NCBI GenBank assembly: GCA_030838385.1
Contig: JAUTWX010000158.1
Span: forward strand, 1-44,064
Reading direction: 5' to 3'
From: Acidobacteriaceae bacterium
Lineage (GTDB): Bacteria > Acidobacteriota > Terriglobia > Terriglobales > Acidobacteriaceae
Length of the DNA: 44,064 nt
A model generated the notes under the pieces. The model made no database searches, was not told the DNA's origin, and saw nothing but the letters and a program-made list of their open reading frames with translations. Both the position numbers and the translations under genes were made by a program. Shown here piece by piece: positions 8,922-18,457 of the stretch. Positions within the stretch are counted from its first letter, which is position 1, and the number at the start of each line of letters is the position of its first letter.

Positions 8922-10163
8922 CTAGAAGGCGTGCGGCTCGTCGGCGAAGATTTCGCGCGTGCGGGCCATCAGGGTGGCGGCGTGCGTGTCTTCATCCGTC
9001 GCTTGCGATTGCGCCGAGTAGAGCTCCAGCAGGTTGTTCACCAGCATCCATGTGTCGCGGCCTGGCGTCTCCCTAACGAATGACGGTAGCGGCATGCAGA
9101 GGTAGCGTGACAAGGCGACGACCTGGCCTTCGTACATCCAGCGCAGCTTGCGCAGCAGGGCGAGCCGTTCCGGTTCGAGGCGCAGACGGTAGCCCGCCTT
9201 GCAGAGGACTTCCGTGAGCCTGACCAGCTCGGGTTCGGTGAGCCGGCTTGCCGTGTCCTTCGCCGCGTCTACGCCTGGAGCGGAGCCCGGAGCTGCGGGT
9301 TTGGGCATGGCGACTGGCTGCATGTTGAAGACCAGCAGCAGGTCCACGACGGTGTGGCGCGCTATCGCAAAAGTGAGCCTCGCCTGACGGCAGGCGGAGC
9401 ATTCCACGATGCTGAGCAGCACGGCACATGTGTCGAGGATGGCGGTGACAGCGCTGAGCCAGCTCTGGTTATCATGCTGCGAACGGAAATAGCACAGCAG
9501 CGGATACGAAATGTGGCTCTCGAGCATCTCTGCGGACCAGCGTTCCCACTCCGCCAGCAGCTCCACCAAGGCATCATTGCCGCCATCGCTGGCGTGGCGG
9601 CGCAACAACTCGCTGGCGGTTGGGGGCGAGCCGGCGCGGCCGTCGAGCAGGGCGATCGAGCCTTCGCGCCGCGAGAAGGCCTGATAGAGCACAGGAAGGT
9701 AGCCGATGACAACGGCGACAAAGCCAAGTCCGGTGCCTGCTTCGATGATGATCAGGTCACGCGCCCAGTGGTTCAGTGGAATGATGTCACCGAGGCCGAG
9801 CGTGAACAGCGTGGTGCCGCTGATGTAGATCGCGGTATGGAGCGGATGCAGACCTAGCGGATCATGCAATGGCGCGCCTAGCCCATAGAACATGAGGCCA
9901 AAGCCATAGACCAGGCCAACCGCCCACAGCGCCATCAGGAGGAGCAGTGAGAGCGGGCCATAGAAGCTGAAGCCGCTTTCACGCAGGCGGCGATTTCGGA
10001 AGCGGCTTACGACTGCCGACCACGGACGCCAGGTGATGAGATAGAAGAGCCATGTGAGCCGGATCTTCCCGCTGGCGCGGCGCGGCAGGATGATGGTCTC
10101 GAAGGCATCGAGCAGAACGGTGCCGATGGCGAGCAGTCCGAAGATCAAGCCGAGTGGGTGCAC
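8922..10163 (-). CDS. Potassium-channel-family (ion channel pore) membrane protein
   Basis: TM helices flanking pore segment IYISGTTLFTLGLGDIIP; cytoplasmic C-terminal domain ESHISYP...YFRSQH. Confidence 0.8.
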   Translation of the reverse strand: MHPLGLIFGLLAIGTVLLDAFETIILPRRASGKIRLTWLFYLITWRPWSAVVSRFRNRRLRESGFSFYGPLSLLLLMALWAVGLVYGFGLMFYGLGAPLHDPLGLHPLHTAIYISGTTLFTLGLGDIIPLNHWARDLIIIEAGTGLGFVAVVIGYLPVLYQAFSRREGSIALLDGRAGSPPTASELLRRHASDGGNDALVELLAEWERWSAEMLESHISYPLLCYFRSQHDNQSWLSAVTAILDTCAVLLSIVECSACRQARLTFAIARHTVVDLLLVFNMQPVAMPKPAAPGSAPGVDAAKDTASRLTEPELVRLTEVLCKAGYRLRLEPERLALLRKLRWMYEGQVVALSRYLCMPLPSFVRETPGRDTWMLVNNLLELYSAQSQATDEDTHAATLMARTREIFADEPHAF

Positions 10164-10311
10164 GGTTGTATTGTGCGGCTTGCCGGCGCCGCTGGCTAGT
10201 TTTCCGTCAGCAGTCCGCTGGCTGGTTTTTCAAGGATATCGCCGCGCTGGTTGATAGTGATGCTGCGGGGCGGGTGGAGTTTCAATTCAGCTGGACTAGC
10301 GGGTCGGAACG

Positions 10312-11523
10312 TTAACTTCTGCGGGAGATCAATTCCTGATACAGCGCGATGGTCTGGTCGGCGATGCTGGTCCAGGCGAAGTGCTGCTCTACGCGCTGGC
10401 GGCCGGCCTCTCCCATGCGCTTGCAGGCGGCGGGGTCTTTGAGCAGTGTGGTGAGTCTGGCGCCGAGGTCGCGTGCGAACTGGTCTGGATCAACGGGGAA
10501 GCTGGTGACCCGGTCCTGCTTGAAGGGGATGAGGTAGCCGGTCTCGCCGTCGACGACGACTTCGAGGATGCCGCCGGTGGCGCTGGCGACCACGGGGGCG
10601 CGGCAGGCCATGGCTTCCAGATTGATGATGCCGAAGGGTTCGTAGACGGAGGGGCAGCAGAAGACCCGGGCATGGGAGTAGAGCTGGATGGTCTCCGCGC
10701 GGGTGACCATCTTCTCGATCCAGACGATGCGCGGGTTGTGGCGCCGGGCCTCATCGACCTTGGCGCGCATCTCGGCCGCGATCTCCGGTGTGTCGGGTGC
10801 GCCGGCGCAGAGGACGATCTGCGTCTCTGGTGGCAGGTAGCGGATGGCGTCCACCAAGTGCGTGACGCCCTTCTGGCGAGTGATGCGGCCGACGAAGAGG
10901 ACGTAGGGAATGGCCGGGTCGACGCCGTACAGTGTGAGCGCGGTGGTAGCTGAGGTCTGCTGGTACTCGTTCAGATCGATGCCGTTGTAGATGACGTGGA
11001 CGCGCTCGGCGGGCACGTCATAGGCGCGGAGCACGTCGGCCTTGGTGCCGTTGGAGACGGCGATGATGGCATCGGCTTCGAGGATGGCAGTGCGCTCCAT
11101 CCATGAGCTCATCGCGTAGCCGGAGCCGAGCTGCTCGGACTTCCAGGCGCGCAGCGGCTCCAGCGAGTGCGTGGTGAGCACGAAGGGAATGTTGTAGAGC
11201 TTTTTGGCGAGGAAACCGGCCATCGACACGTACCAGGTATGGGTGTGGCAGATATCGATGCCTTCGAGCGCCTTCACCTGGGTGAGATTGAGGCTGAGGG
11301 CTTCGAGCGCGCCCTTGAACTTGCCGGTGGTGCCATGGGAGATTTCGTCCCAGGGCTCCTGCCCGCGCACGTGCAGGCGGCCGAGGTCGGCGTGCTGCTT
11401 GCCCCAGCAATGCACTTCCACGTCAATCTTCTTCGCTAGCTCGCGGCTGAGATAGTCGACGTGGACGCCGGCGCCGCCGTAGATGTGGGGCGGAAATTCG
11501 CGGGTGAAGAGCGCTGCTCGCAT
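10312..11523 (-). CDS. glgA: GT4 glycogen synthase of the actinobacterial GlgA/GlgM (maltose-1-phosphate synthase) type
   Basis: TREFPPHIYGGAGVHV, HTHTWY, HSLEPLRAWK.EQLG, FVGRITRQKG, CPSVYEPFGIINLEAMAC. Confidence 0.9.
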   Translation of the reverse strand: MRAALFTREFPPHIYGGAGVHVDYLSRELAKKIDVEVHCWGKQHADLGRLHVRGQEPWDEISHGTTGKFKGALEALSLNLTQVKALEGIDICHTHTWYVSMAGFLAKKLYNIPFVLTTHSLEPLRAWKSEQLGSGYAMSSWMERTAILEADAIIAVSNGTKADVLRAYDVPAERVHVIYNGIDLNEYQQTSATTALTLYGVDPAIPYVLFVGRITRQKGVTHLVDAIRYLPPETQIVLCAGAPDTPEIAAEMRAKVDEARRHNPRIVWIEKMVTRAETIQLYSHARVFCCPSVYEPFGIINLEAMACRAPVVASATGGILEVVVDGETGYLIPFKQDRVTSFPVDPDQFARDLGARLTTLLKDPAACKRMGEAGRQRVEQHFAWTSIADQTIALYQELISRRS

Positions 11524-11616
11524 TTCGTTTGCTCCTGCCCGGCGGTCTTGCGCCGGGACTCTCCCTCGCCGGCGATCCTGCGCCGGGTTCTCCTGAGAGC
11601 CGACCCTCGGGCCGAC

Positions 11617-12162
11617 CTAGGATAGGGCCGGTGCGGAGACGGCGGCAAGCTGTCGTTGTGACGATGCCCGCTCTGCGCGTTCGCCGAGACGTGCGAGCTG
11701 GCGGGCTTCGGCACGGCGCAGGCGGAGGCCGAGGGTGGCCATCCGATGGCAGCGCAGGCAGAGCGTGCGCAGGTTCGACAGGTCGCACTCGCCGCCGCCT
11801 TCGACGACGGGGGTGATGTGATCGGCCTCCCAGAGGGAGCGGCCGGTGAAGCTGGGCAGGTCCCAGTAGTTGAGCAGGCGCTGGCGCGTCGGGCCGCGGG
11901 AGCGCTTCAGGATGCCCTGGGCGACAAGCGTATCAATACGGCAACTGCGGCAGACGCCGCGATCGCGTTTGAGCACCTGGTCGCGGAGGTAGCCGGGGTC
12001 GGAGCGGAGCCGCCATTGGTCCACGCAATCGTCGGAGCAGAACGTCCGGCGGCCTTTGCCCACTTCAATCGAGCACCAGCGGCAGAGGCAGCGGCCGCCG
12101 GCACCGCGGGGGAGGGTGCGGCGCGACGCCCAACCTCCGGGCATGGTGCGGCGGGTGCTCAT
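11617..12162 (-). CDS. HNH endonuclease with additional zinc-finger cysteines
   Basis: CRWC...FCSDDC, CRSC, WEADHITPVVEGGGECDLSNLRTLCLRCH. Confidence 0.88.
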   Translation of the reverse strand: MSTRRTMPGGWASRRTLPRGAGGRCLCRWCSIEVGKGRRTFCSDDCVDQWRLRSDPGYLRDQVLKRDRGVCRSCRIDTLVAQGILKRSRGPTRQRLLNYWDLPSFTGRSLWEADHITPVVEGGGECDLSNLRTLCLRCHRMATLGLRLRRAEARQLARLGERAERASSQRQLAAVSAPALS

Positions 12163-12261
12163 GCTCTCTGGTTATAAGGACCGCTCCGCGCGCGGACAAC
12201 GGATGGGTATCGAGCTTGCTACCTACCCCTTCCCCTCCGGTGCGGTGCGGGAGGGTGCGCT

Positions 12262-12462
12262 GTAAGTTGTTTCTCTTGTTCGGGTTAGCGTGTGTGCGGC
12301 GGCTAAATATGTCCAATCATTGGGGTTATGGCTAAAAATGTCTTTCTAAAGGGCTTATGGGCGCGGGATTGCACTGTTCCCGATGCGTACGGGAAGTCCG
12401 GCTCGTAAATTATTGATAAGAAGTTGGTTGCCGCTAAAAATCTCCAACGAAATGGCTTAGCG
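12262..12462. repeat. Array of five degenerate 25-bp dyads TAA-N19-TT(A/G)
   Basis: Units at 12263-12287, 12304-12328, 12333-12357, 12406-12430 and 12435-12459; two pairs have a 29-bp period. Confidence 0.6.
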
Positions 12463-12643
12463 GCGGCCGGTGAGTCGGCCACAGCTGGCGTTGAGCGGTT
12501 GCGAAGTCGCCCTATTTCCAGACTAGCAATTTGGAGGGGGAAATGGCAGGTTTCGGCGGGCGCGTTTCGTTACTGTTCGGTTTTGGGATCAGGATTTTGT
12601 CCGAAACGCTCCGGAATGCTCAGATCGAAGTAAAGAACTCGTC

Positions 12644-12672
12644 TTGATGTGTACGGCAGTTAGCCGTACACT
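12644..12672 (+). promoter_or_regulatory. Sigma70-type promoter overlapped by the TA autoregulatory operator
   Basis: TTGATG (12644-49)-17 bp-TACACT (12667-72); perfect 9-bp inverted repeat GTGTACGGC-N5-GCCGTACAC at 12649-12671. Confidence 0.8.
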
Positions 12673-12702
12673 GAAAGTGCTCCTCCCGAAAGGAAGAATA
12701 GT

Positions 12703-13005
12703 ATGCCAGCTTACGCTACGATTGCTCGCCCCTCTCCTGTCAAAGAGGCCCGCATAGAAGCGCGCGTTTCAGAAGAGATGAAAGAGACTTGGGAATATGC
12801 TGCGGCATTAAACGGTCTCTCATTAACGGATTTTCTAAAGACTGCCATGCAATCCGCATCTGTCGAGGCGATACGGAACAATGAGGTGCTTGTCTTGAGC
12901 GAGCGGGCGAGTGTTTCATTCGCAGAGCTTCTATTAAATCCCCCAGAGCCTAATGCAACCGCTATAGCCGCTGCAAAGCGCTACAAGAAGTGGGCCGCGC
13001 GATAA
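12703..13005 (+). CDS. DUF1778-family RHH antitoxin (TacA/AtaR-like)
   Basis: KEARIEARVSEE...AAALNGLSLTDF...A.E.I...L.LS.R...F...LLNPPEPN; directly upstream of a GNAT gene. Confidence 0.88.
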   Translation: MPAYATIARPSPVKEARIEARVSEEMKETWEYAAALNGLSLTDFLKTAMQSASVEAIRNNEVLVLSERASVSFAELLLNPPEPNATAIAAAKRYKKWAAR

Positions 13006-13023
13006 GGGACTGAAACGGGTCTG

Positions 13024-13533
13024 ATGATCGATCAAACATTTGAGATAAAGCCGCTCGATAAAAGCATCCACAATCGAGCGGCTTTTTTATGTGGTGAGCC
13101 TGAGCTAGACGATTATCTAAAAACTCAGTCTTCCCAGGACAAGAAGAAATATGCGTCTGTAGTTTATGTAGGCACAATCAACACCGCTACGATCGTCGGA
13201 TATTATTCCCTTTCCCAATTCAGCATTGAATTGAAAGGGCTGCCAGACTCTCTTGCCAAGAACTTCCCAACATATCCACAAGTTCCCGCAACTCTCTTGG
13301 GGAGACTTGCTGTGCATGAAACTCTTCAAGGCAATGGGTACGGTGAGCGATTGCTTTTTGATGCACTCAAGCGTGCGTTGGACGTGAGCGTTCATATCGG
13401 ATCATGTGCTTTGGTGGTTGACGCTAAAAACGAAAAGGCCCGTTCCTTCTATGAACGCTACGGGTTTATCGGCCTTGCCGATGTTGACAAGAGACTCCTG
13501 TTACCTATGAAGACGATCGCGAGAATGTTTTAA
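13024..13533 (+). CDS. GNAT acetyltransferase toxin (TacT/AtaT-like)
   Basis: HNRAAFLCGEPELDDYLK, GYYSL, PATLLGRLAV...QGNGYG, VVDAKNEKARSFYERYGF. Confidence 0.9.
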   Translation: MIDQTFEIKPLDKSIHNRAAFLCGEPELDDYLKTQSSQDKKKYASVVYVGTINTATIVGYYSLSQFSIELKGLPDSLAKNFPTYPQVPATLLGRLAVHETLQGNGYGERLLFDALKRALDVSVHIGSCALVVDAKNEKARSFYERYGFIGLADVDKRLLLPMKTIARMF

Positions 13534-13578
13534 CATTCGCCCTCTATCGGCTTTGGTCCCCGCTTCTTTCGGTAAGGG

Positions 13579-14120
13579 CTAGAACGATACTCTTTCACCC
13601 TCTCCTCCATTGGCCTTGCCAGTCAGTTCCTTGTACGTAAGCCGCCGATTCGATACCTGAGATAGCGCCAGCATGAAGCGGTCATTGTCGTTCAGCGGAT
13701 TGTCCCTCGTCGCACGATTGTTGAAGCGGAACACCTGCTCATCCACGTAGCGGTCTAGGTGGAACTGCTCGACTGAAACCTAGGTGCCGCTCAGGTTGCG
13801 CTTGATGAGTGACCAGAAGCTCTCTAGACCGTTCGTGTGAACCTGGCCCTTAACGTATGTCTCGGCGTGGTTCACTGCGTCATGGAAGATCCTTCCATTC
13901 CAGATGGTCATAGGCGACTGCCATGTCCGTGTAGACCCGCGAACCTAACTTGACGTTTTTCATGATTTCTTATCTGTAGCGTCTCACGCTTGGTATCACG
14001 AACCACCTTCGCGCGAACTTGGCGCGACTCGCGGTCGAGCATTCGCAGAACGGTGGCTTTGTTGGCGTAGCGGACGCCGTACTCCTTGCCGGTCACCGCC
14101 TGATGAGTCTTGTGCAGACA
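13579..14120 (-). pseudogene. IS1595-family (ISXO2-like) DDE transposase remnant
   Basis: Fragments NKATVLRMLDRESRQVRAKVV...RETLQ and HDAVNHAETYVKGQVHTNGLESFWSLIKRNLSGT*VSVEQFHLDRYVDEQVFRFNNR...RRLTYKELTGK; in-frame TAG at 13780-13782, frame disruptions upstream, N-terminus missing; element ends not found. Confidence 0.85.
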
Positions 14121-14307
14121 GTTCGCGCGGCGGATCGCTACCACGCAAAGGTCGCGCTGTGCGGCCGCTGTCCGGTCTTGGACAGCGAAGAAGTCTTATG
14201 GACAGTCCCAGTACTCATGCTGATTTGTAAGTGGCGGACGGATAACGGGAACAATCCTTCGTAGTTTGGACGGTCGCTTGCTCTTTGCCTTCGCAGGGAG
14301 AGGCCTC

Positions 14308-16839
14308 ATGACGCTGATTCAGGATGTTCGCTATGCGTTGCGGCAGTTGCGCAAGACGCCGGGCTTTACGCTTACCGCCGTTCTGACGCTGGCGCTGGGG
14401 ATTGGGGCGAATGCCGCGATCTTCACGCTGGTGAATGCGGTGCTGTTGAAGAACCTGCCGGTGGCGGATCCGAAGACGCTGGTGATGCTGGGCGACAGCA
14501 ACGATTGCTGCGTCGGCGTAGGGGTGCGCAAGAACGCGGACTACTCGATTTTCGCCACGGCAACGTGGCAGTACGTGAAGAAAAACACGCCGGAGTTCGA
14601 AGAGCTGGCCGCGATTCAGGCGGGGTTTGAACCCCGACCGATCATAGCCCGGCGCGGTGGGTCGCAGGACGCGGCGCGGTCGGTGGTGGGCGAGTTTGTC
14701 TCCGGCAACTACTTCCGCACCTTCGGTCTGCGGCCGCAGGCGGGACGGCTCTTTTCCGATGCGGATGATGTGGCGGGCGCTCCGATGGTTGCGGTGATGA
14801 GCTACGAGACGTGGCAGCGCGATTATGCCGGCGATGCTTCCGTGATAGGCAGCACGTTCTGGATCAATACCAAGGCGGTGACGATTTCCGGGATTGCGCC
14901 GCAGGGATTCTTCGGCGACCGGCTGTCGAGCACGCCGCCGGATTTCTATCTGCCGATCGAGACGATGCCGGTGCTGGCGAATGTGCCGTATGTGCATGAT
15001 CCGAACCAGCTCTGGCTGTACATGGTTGGCCGGGTGAAGCCGGGCGTCTCCATACCCGCACTGCAGGCGAAGGTGAGCGCGCTGGTGAGGCAGTCGCTTG
15101 CGGATACGAGAACATTTGCCGACACGGAAAATAAGGCGCTGCTACCGAAGGTGCATGTGGTGCTGACACCGGGCGGCGGCGGGATCCAGAACATGCAGGA
15201 GAATTACGGGTCGAACCTGCGTTTGCTGATGTGGATCTCCGGCGCGGTGTTGCTGATTGCGTGCGCGAACATTGCGAACCTGCTGCTGGTGCGCGGCATG
15301 GGGCGGAAGGCGGAGATGAGTCTGCGGACGGCGCTGGGCGCGACGCGCAGGCGGGTGATTCAGCAACTGCTGACGGAGAGCGTGCTGCTGGCGGGGTTCG
15401 GCGGCATCGCCGGGCTGGCGGCAGCGTATGCGGGGACGCGGATGCTGCTGATGCTGGCGTTTCCGGGAGCGCAGAGCGTTCCGATCCAGGCGAGTCCGTC
15501 GCTGGCAGTGATGGGGTTTGCGTGCGGGCTGTCGCTGGTGACAGGCGTGCTGTTTGGCGTGGCCCCGGCGTGGATTGCAGCGCGGAGCGAACCGGCGGAT
15601 GCGCTGCGGAGTGGAACGCGGACGACGACGGGCAGCGCTTCTCTGCTGCAGCGCGGACTCGTGGTGGTGCAGGCGGCGTTGTCGCTGGTGCTGCTGGTGG
15701 GCGCGGGATTGTTTGCGCAGAGCCTGAACAAACTTGAGCACATCGACCTGAAGCTGGATGCGAAGAACCGGTATATCGTGCACATCAACCCGGCTGCTGC
15801 TGGCTACTCGCAGAGGCAACTGGAGGCGATCTATCGAACAATGGAGGAGCGGTTCCATGCGCTGCCGGGGGTGATGAAGGTGGGCATCTCCTCGTACACG
15901 CCGATGGAGGACAACAACAATGGCTGGTCCGTGCAGGTGCAGGGACAGCCGGATTTGCTTGTCGGCGCTTCGATTGTGCGGGCGAGTGCGGAGTACTTCG
16001 ACTCGGTAGGAACGCGGGTGGTGATGGGGCGCGGGATTGAAGCGCGGGATACGGCGACGGCCCCTACGATGGCAGTGGTGAACCAGACATTTGTGAAGAC
16101 GTTGTTTAAGCCGGGAGAGAACCCGATCGGGCGTCACTTCGGCGGAGGACCGAAGTCGACCGGAGACTTTGAGATTGTCGGCGTGGTGGAGGACACGGCC
16201 TACACCGACGCGCGAAAGAAAGACCACCTGATGTACTTCATGCCGCTGATGCAGCGGCCGGCGAGCGACAAAAGCCCGATTGAGCAGGACGATTCGTTGT
16301 ATGCGGGCGCGATTGTGCTGGAGACGGCGTCGCCGATGAGCAATATGGAATCGCTGGCGCGGACGACGCTGGCGAGCATCAATGCGAACTTGTCGGTGGT
16401 GAAGTTTCAGACGTTCGATGCGCAGATCGCCGATCGGTTTACGGACGAGCGGATGATTGCGCGGCTGACGATGCTATTTGGCGGGCTGGCGCTGGTGCTG
16501 GCGGCGGTGGGTCTGTATGGCGTGACCTCCTACACGGTGGCGCGGCGCACGCCGGAGATAGGCATTCGCATGGCGCTGGGGGCGGAGCGCGGCGGAGTGG
16601 TGGCGATGGTGATGCGCGGCGCGATGATGCAGACGCTGCTGGGGCTCGCAATTGGTATCCCAGTGGCGCTGGTCTGCGTGCGCTTTGTGAAGGCGCAGTT
16701 GTACGAGATCACCAGCGCGGATGCGAGTGTGATGACGGGCGCGATCCTGACGCTGGCGGTCGCTGCATGCATTGCCGGATTGATACCGGCGCGGCGTGCG
16801 GCGTCGATCGATCCTATGCAGGCTTTGCGGACGGAGTAG
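14308..16839 (+). CDS. ADOP-type duplicated MacB/FtsX ABC permease
   Basis: [16 protein letters not shown]...[35 protein letters not shown]...[31 protein letters not shown]; GGGAG SD before ATG 14308. Confidence 0.92.
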   Translation: MTLIQDVRYALRQLRKTPGFTLTAVLTLALGIGANAAIFTLVNAVLLKNLPVADPKTLVMLGDSNDCCVGVGVRKNADYSIFATATWQYVKKNTPEFEELAAIQAGFEPRPIIARRGGSQDAARSVVGEFVSGNYFRTFGLRPQAGRLFSDADDVAGAPMVAVMSYETWQRDYAGDASVIGSTFWINTKAVTISGIAPQGFFGDRLSSTPPDFYLPIETMPVLANVPYVHDPNQLWLYMVGRVKPGVSIPALQAKVSALVRQSLADTRTFADTENKALLPKVHVVLTPGGGGIQNMQENYGSNLRLLMWISGAVLLIACANIANLLLVRGMGRKAEMSLRTALGATRRRVIQQLLTESVLLAGFGGIAGLAAAYAGTRMLLMLAFPGAQSVPIQASPSLAVMGFACGLSLVTGVLFGVAPAWIAARSEPADALRSGTRTTTGSASLLQRGLVVVQAALSLVLLVGAGLFAQSLNKLEHIDLKLDAKNRYIVHINPAAAGYSQRQLEAIYRTMEERFHALPGVMKVGISSYTPMEDNNNGWSVQVQGQPDLLVGASIVRASAEYFDSVGTRVVMGRGIEARDTATAPTMAVVNQTFVKTLFKPGENPIGRHFGGGPKSTGDFEIVGVVEDTAYTDARKKDHLMYFMPLMQRPASDKSPIEQDDSLYAGAIVLETASPMSNMESLARTTLASINANLSVVKFQTFDAQIADRFTDERMIARLTMLFGGLALVLAAVGLYGVTSYTVARRTPEIGIRMALGAERGGVVAMVMRGAMMQTLLGLAIGIPVALVCVRFVKAQLYEITSADASVMTGAILTLAVAACIAGLIPARRAASIDPMQALRTE

Positions 16840-16977
16840 GGATTGGACCGCGGCCATTTTTTGGCGAGGGTGCCGATTCTGGCGCTATGCCGATTTACCA
16901 AACTTTACTTTACTTAACCAATCTTTATCGCACTGGCCGGGGCGCGCTGCTGGAATGGGTTCACGAGGTGAGCCCTT

Positions 16978-17988
16978 ATGTTCCCACAGTGGTTACGATA
17001 TCTGGTCATCGCGACGGCAGCGATGTCTTTGAGTGGCGTGCGTGCGCTGGGCAGCAGCCCAGCAGAGGATCGTTTATTGCGGCTGGTGCCTGCGAATGCG
17101 GCGATGGTCGCGGGGATTGAAGATCCCCATCATGGGGACCAGAGCGGACGTCTGCTGATCGTGACGCATAACAACGACGTTGATCTCAACGACTGGATCG
17201 CACTGGTTGGTGCGGATGGCCGGCAGGAGGTGGACAAGCTGATCGAGGTGGCGATGCCCTCGCCGCGGGGAGATTTGGGCGAGCACCTGCTGCTGGCGCG
17301 GGGCTCCTTCGGGGGCGGACGCATTCTCAATCAAGCGGAGGGAAACGGCGGTGTTCGAAGTGAATACCGAGGCGTCAGGATGGTGGAACTGAAGCCATTC
17401 CCGCGCGAGGAGAAGGAGATGCTGGACACGCGCTGGCTGACGGTGCTCGACGACAACACCGCGATCTTCGGCACGCCCGCGATCGTAAAGAGCGCACTAG
17501 ATAGGTATCTGTCGCCTGCCGCAGTAGATAGTCAACTGATGAGGCGGTTGCAGGAATTGAAGCCGGATGTGAATTGCTGGAGCATCCTCACCATGCCTGG
17601 CGCGGTGCTGACCCGTCATTTGCGTGCGGGCGTGGTGGATGAGTCGAGCGACACACTTCTGCGCGGCGTCAGCAATGTCACTGTGGGTGTTCACTATGGG
17701 TCTGGCATTCACGGATCGGGAGAGCGAGTGGATTTCGCGATAGGGACGAATGGCCCAGAAGCAGCTACCGCATTAGCGGCGGCGATGGATGGGCGGTCTC
17801 ATCTGATGCCAATTGCGGAGACGCTGCGGACGCGGTTTGCGAGCGTATCAGTCGAGCAGAATGAGGTGCGCGGTTCTGTGCGGGTGAAAGATAAGGAGTT
17901 CGATGGCTGGTTGGCGGCGGTGTATGCGCGGCTTTCGGATGGCGGTTCGGGCGGAGAGAACGTGGCGCGGATGGGTGCTGCTCGGTGA
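16978..17988 (+). CDS. Exported hypothetical protein
   Basis: 336-aa ORF with signal-peptide-like N-terminus and GAGG SD; no motif recognised. Confidence 0.7.
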   Translation: MFPQWLRYLVIATAAMSLSGVRALGSSPAEDRLLRLVPANAAMVAGIEDPHHGDQSGRLLIVTHNNDVDLNDWIALVGADGRQEVDKLIEVAMPSPRGDLGEHLLLARGSFGGGRILNQAEGNGGVRSEYRGVRMVELKPFPREEKEMLDTRWLTVLDDNTAIFGTPAIVKSALDRYLSPAAVDSQLMRRLQELKPDVNCWSILTMPGAVLTRHLRAGVVDESSDTLLRGVSNVTVGVHYGSGIHGSGERVDFAIGTNGPEAATALAAAMDGRSHLMPIAETLRTRFASVSVEQNEVRGSVRVKDKEFDGWLAAVYARLSDGGSGGENVARMGAAR

Positions 17989-18062
17989 TTTTTGTTTCTC
18001 TGTTGGCCGATTTCGACGAAGAAGCGACCCGGCTGGGAAGCGGGGTGCGAAGATGGGCGAAC

Positions 18063-18098
18063 TACGCATCTTGCGTAGATGTATACGCAAGATGCGTA
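18063..18098. promoter_or_regulatory. Nested palindrome: two TACGCA-N3-TGCGTA boxes forming a perfect 15-bp inverted repeat (putative operator)
   Basis: TACGCATCTTGCGTA-gatgta-TACGCAAGATGCGTA read directly from the sequence. Confidence 0.55.
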
Positions 18099-18127
18099 TC
18101 GTGCATCCGGGAACCTGAAATGGTATT

Positions 18128-18457
18128 GTGCCTACTGTGCGCGACGAAAAACACCGCGTGGATGATTTGACCGACGAAGAGATAGATTCGTGGGGGATCA
18201 GTGATGCGCCTTATGTGCACTGCTATGACGTTCCCGCGGGAACCGGGTGTTGTTTCGAGTGCCATGACGCGGAGAGGGATGGGCGTTCGAATCTCACTGT
18301 AGTCGAAAAGCTAGGCAGGAGGCAGGTGAAGACGTGGCTCTGCTGCTTGCATAGAACCTACTGGCACGCATTGGACATGAGTGAAAAGTTGGAACTCATA
18401 AGCCATGCTGAGGCGAATCCGAATCGCCCACAAAGGTCAGTTGAACATACAAGCTAA
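18128..18457 (+). CDS. Hypothetical Cys/His-containing small protein
   Basis: 109-aa ORF in a lower-GC islet with CCFECH and LCCLH; no clear SD; 3' end overlaps the convergent ORF. Confidence 0.4.
   Translation: MPTVRDEKHRVDDLTDEEIDSWGISDAPYVHCYDVPAGTGCCFECHDAERDGRSNLTVVEKLGRRQVKTWLCCLHRTYWHALDMSEKLELISHAEANPNRPQRSVEHTS

Noticed and set aside
12262-12462. Possible CRISPR array (29-bp periodicity)
   Set aside because: Units are too divergent, adjacent units have no spacers, and there are no cas genes; kept as a dyad array instead.
13908-14144. 78-aa ORF as an independent gene
   Set aside because: It is a fragment of the IS1595 transposase remnant.
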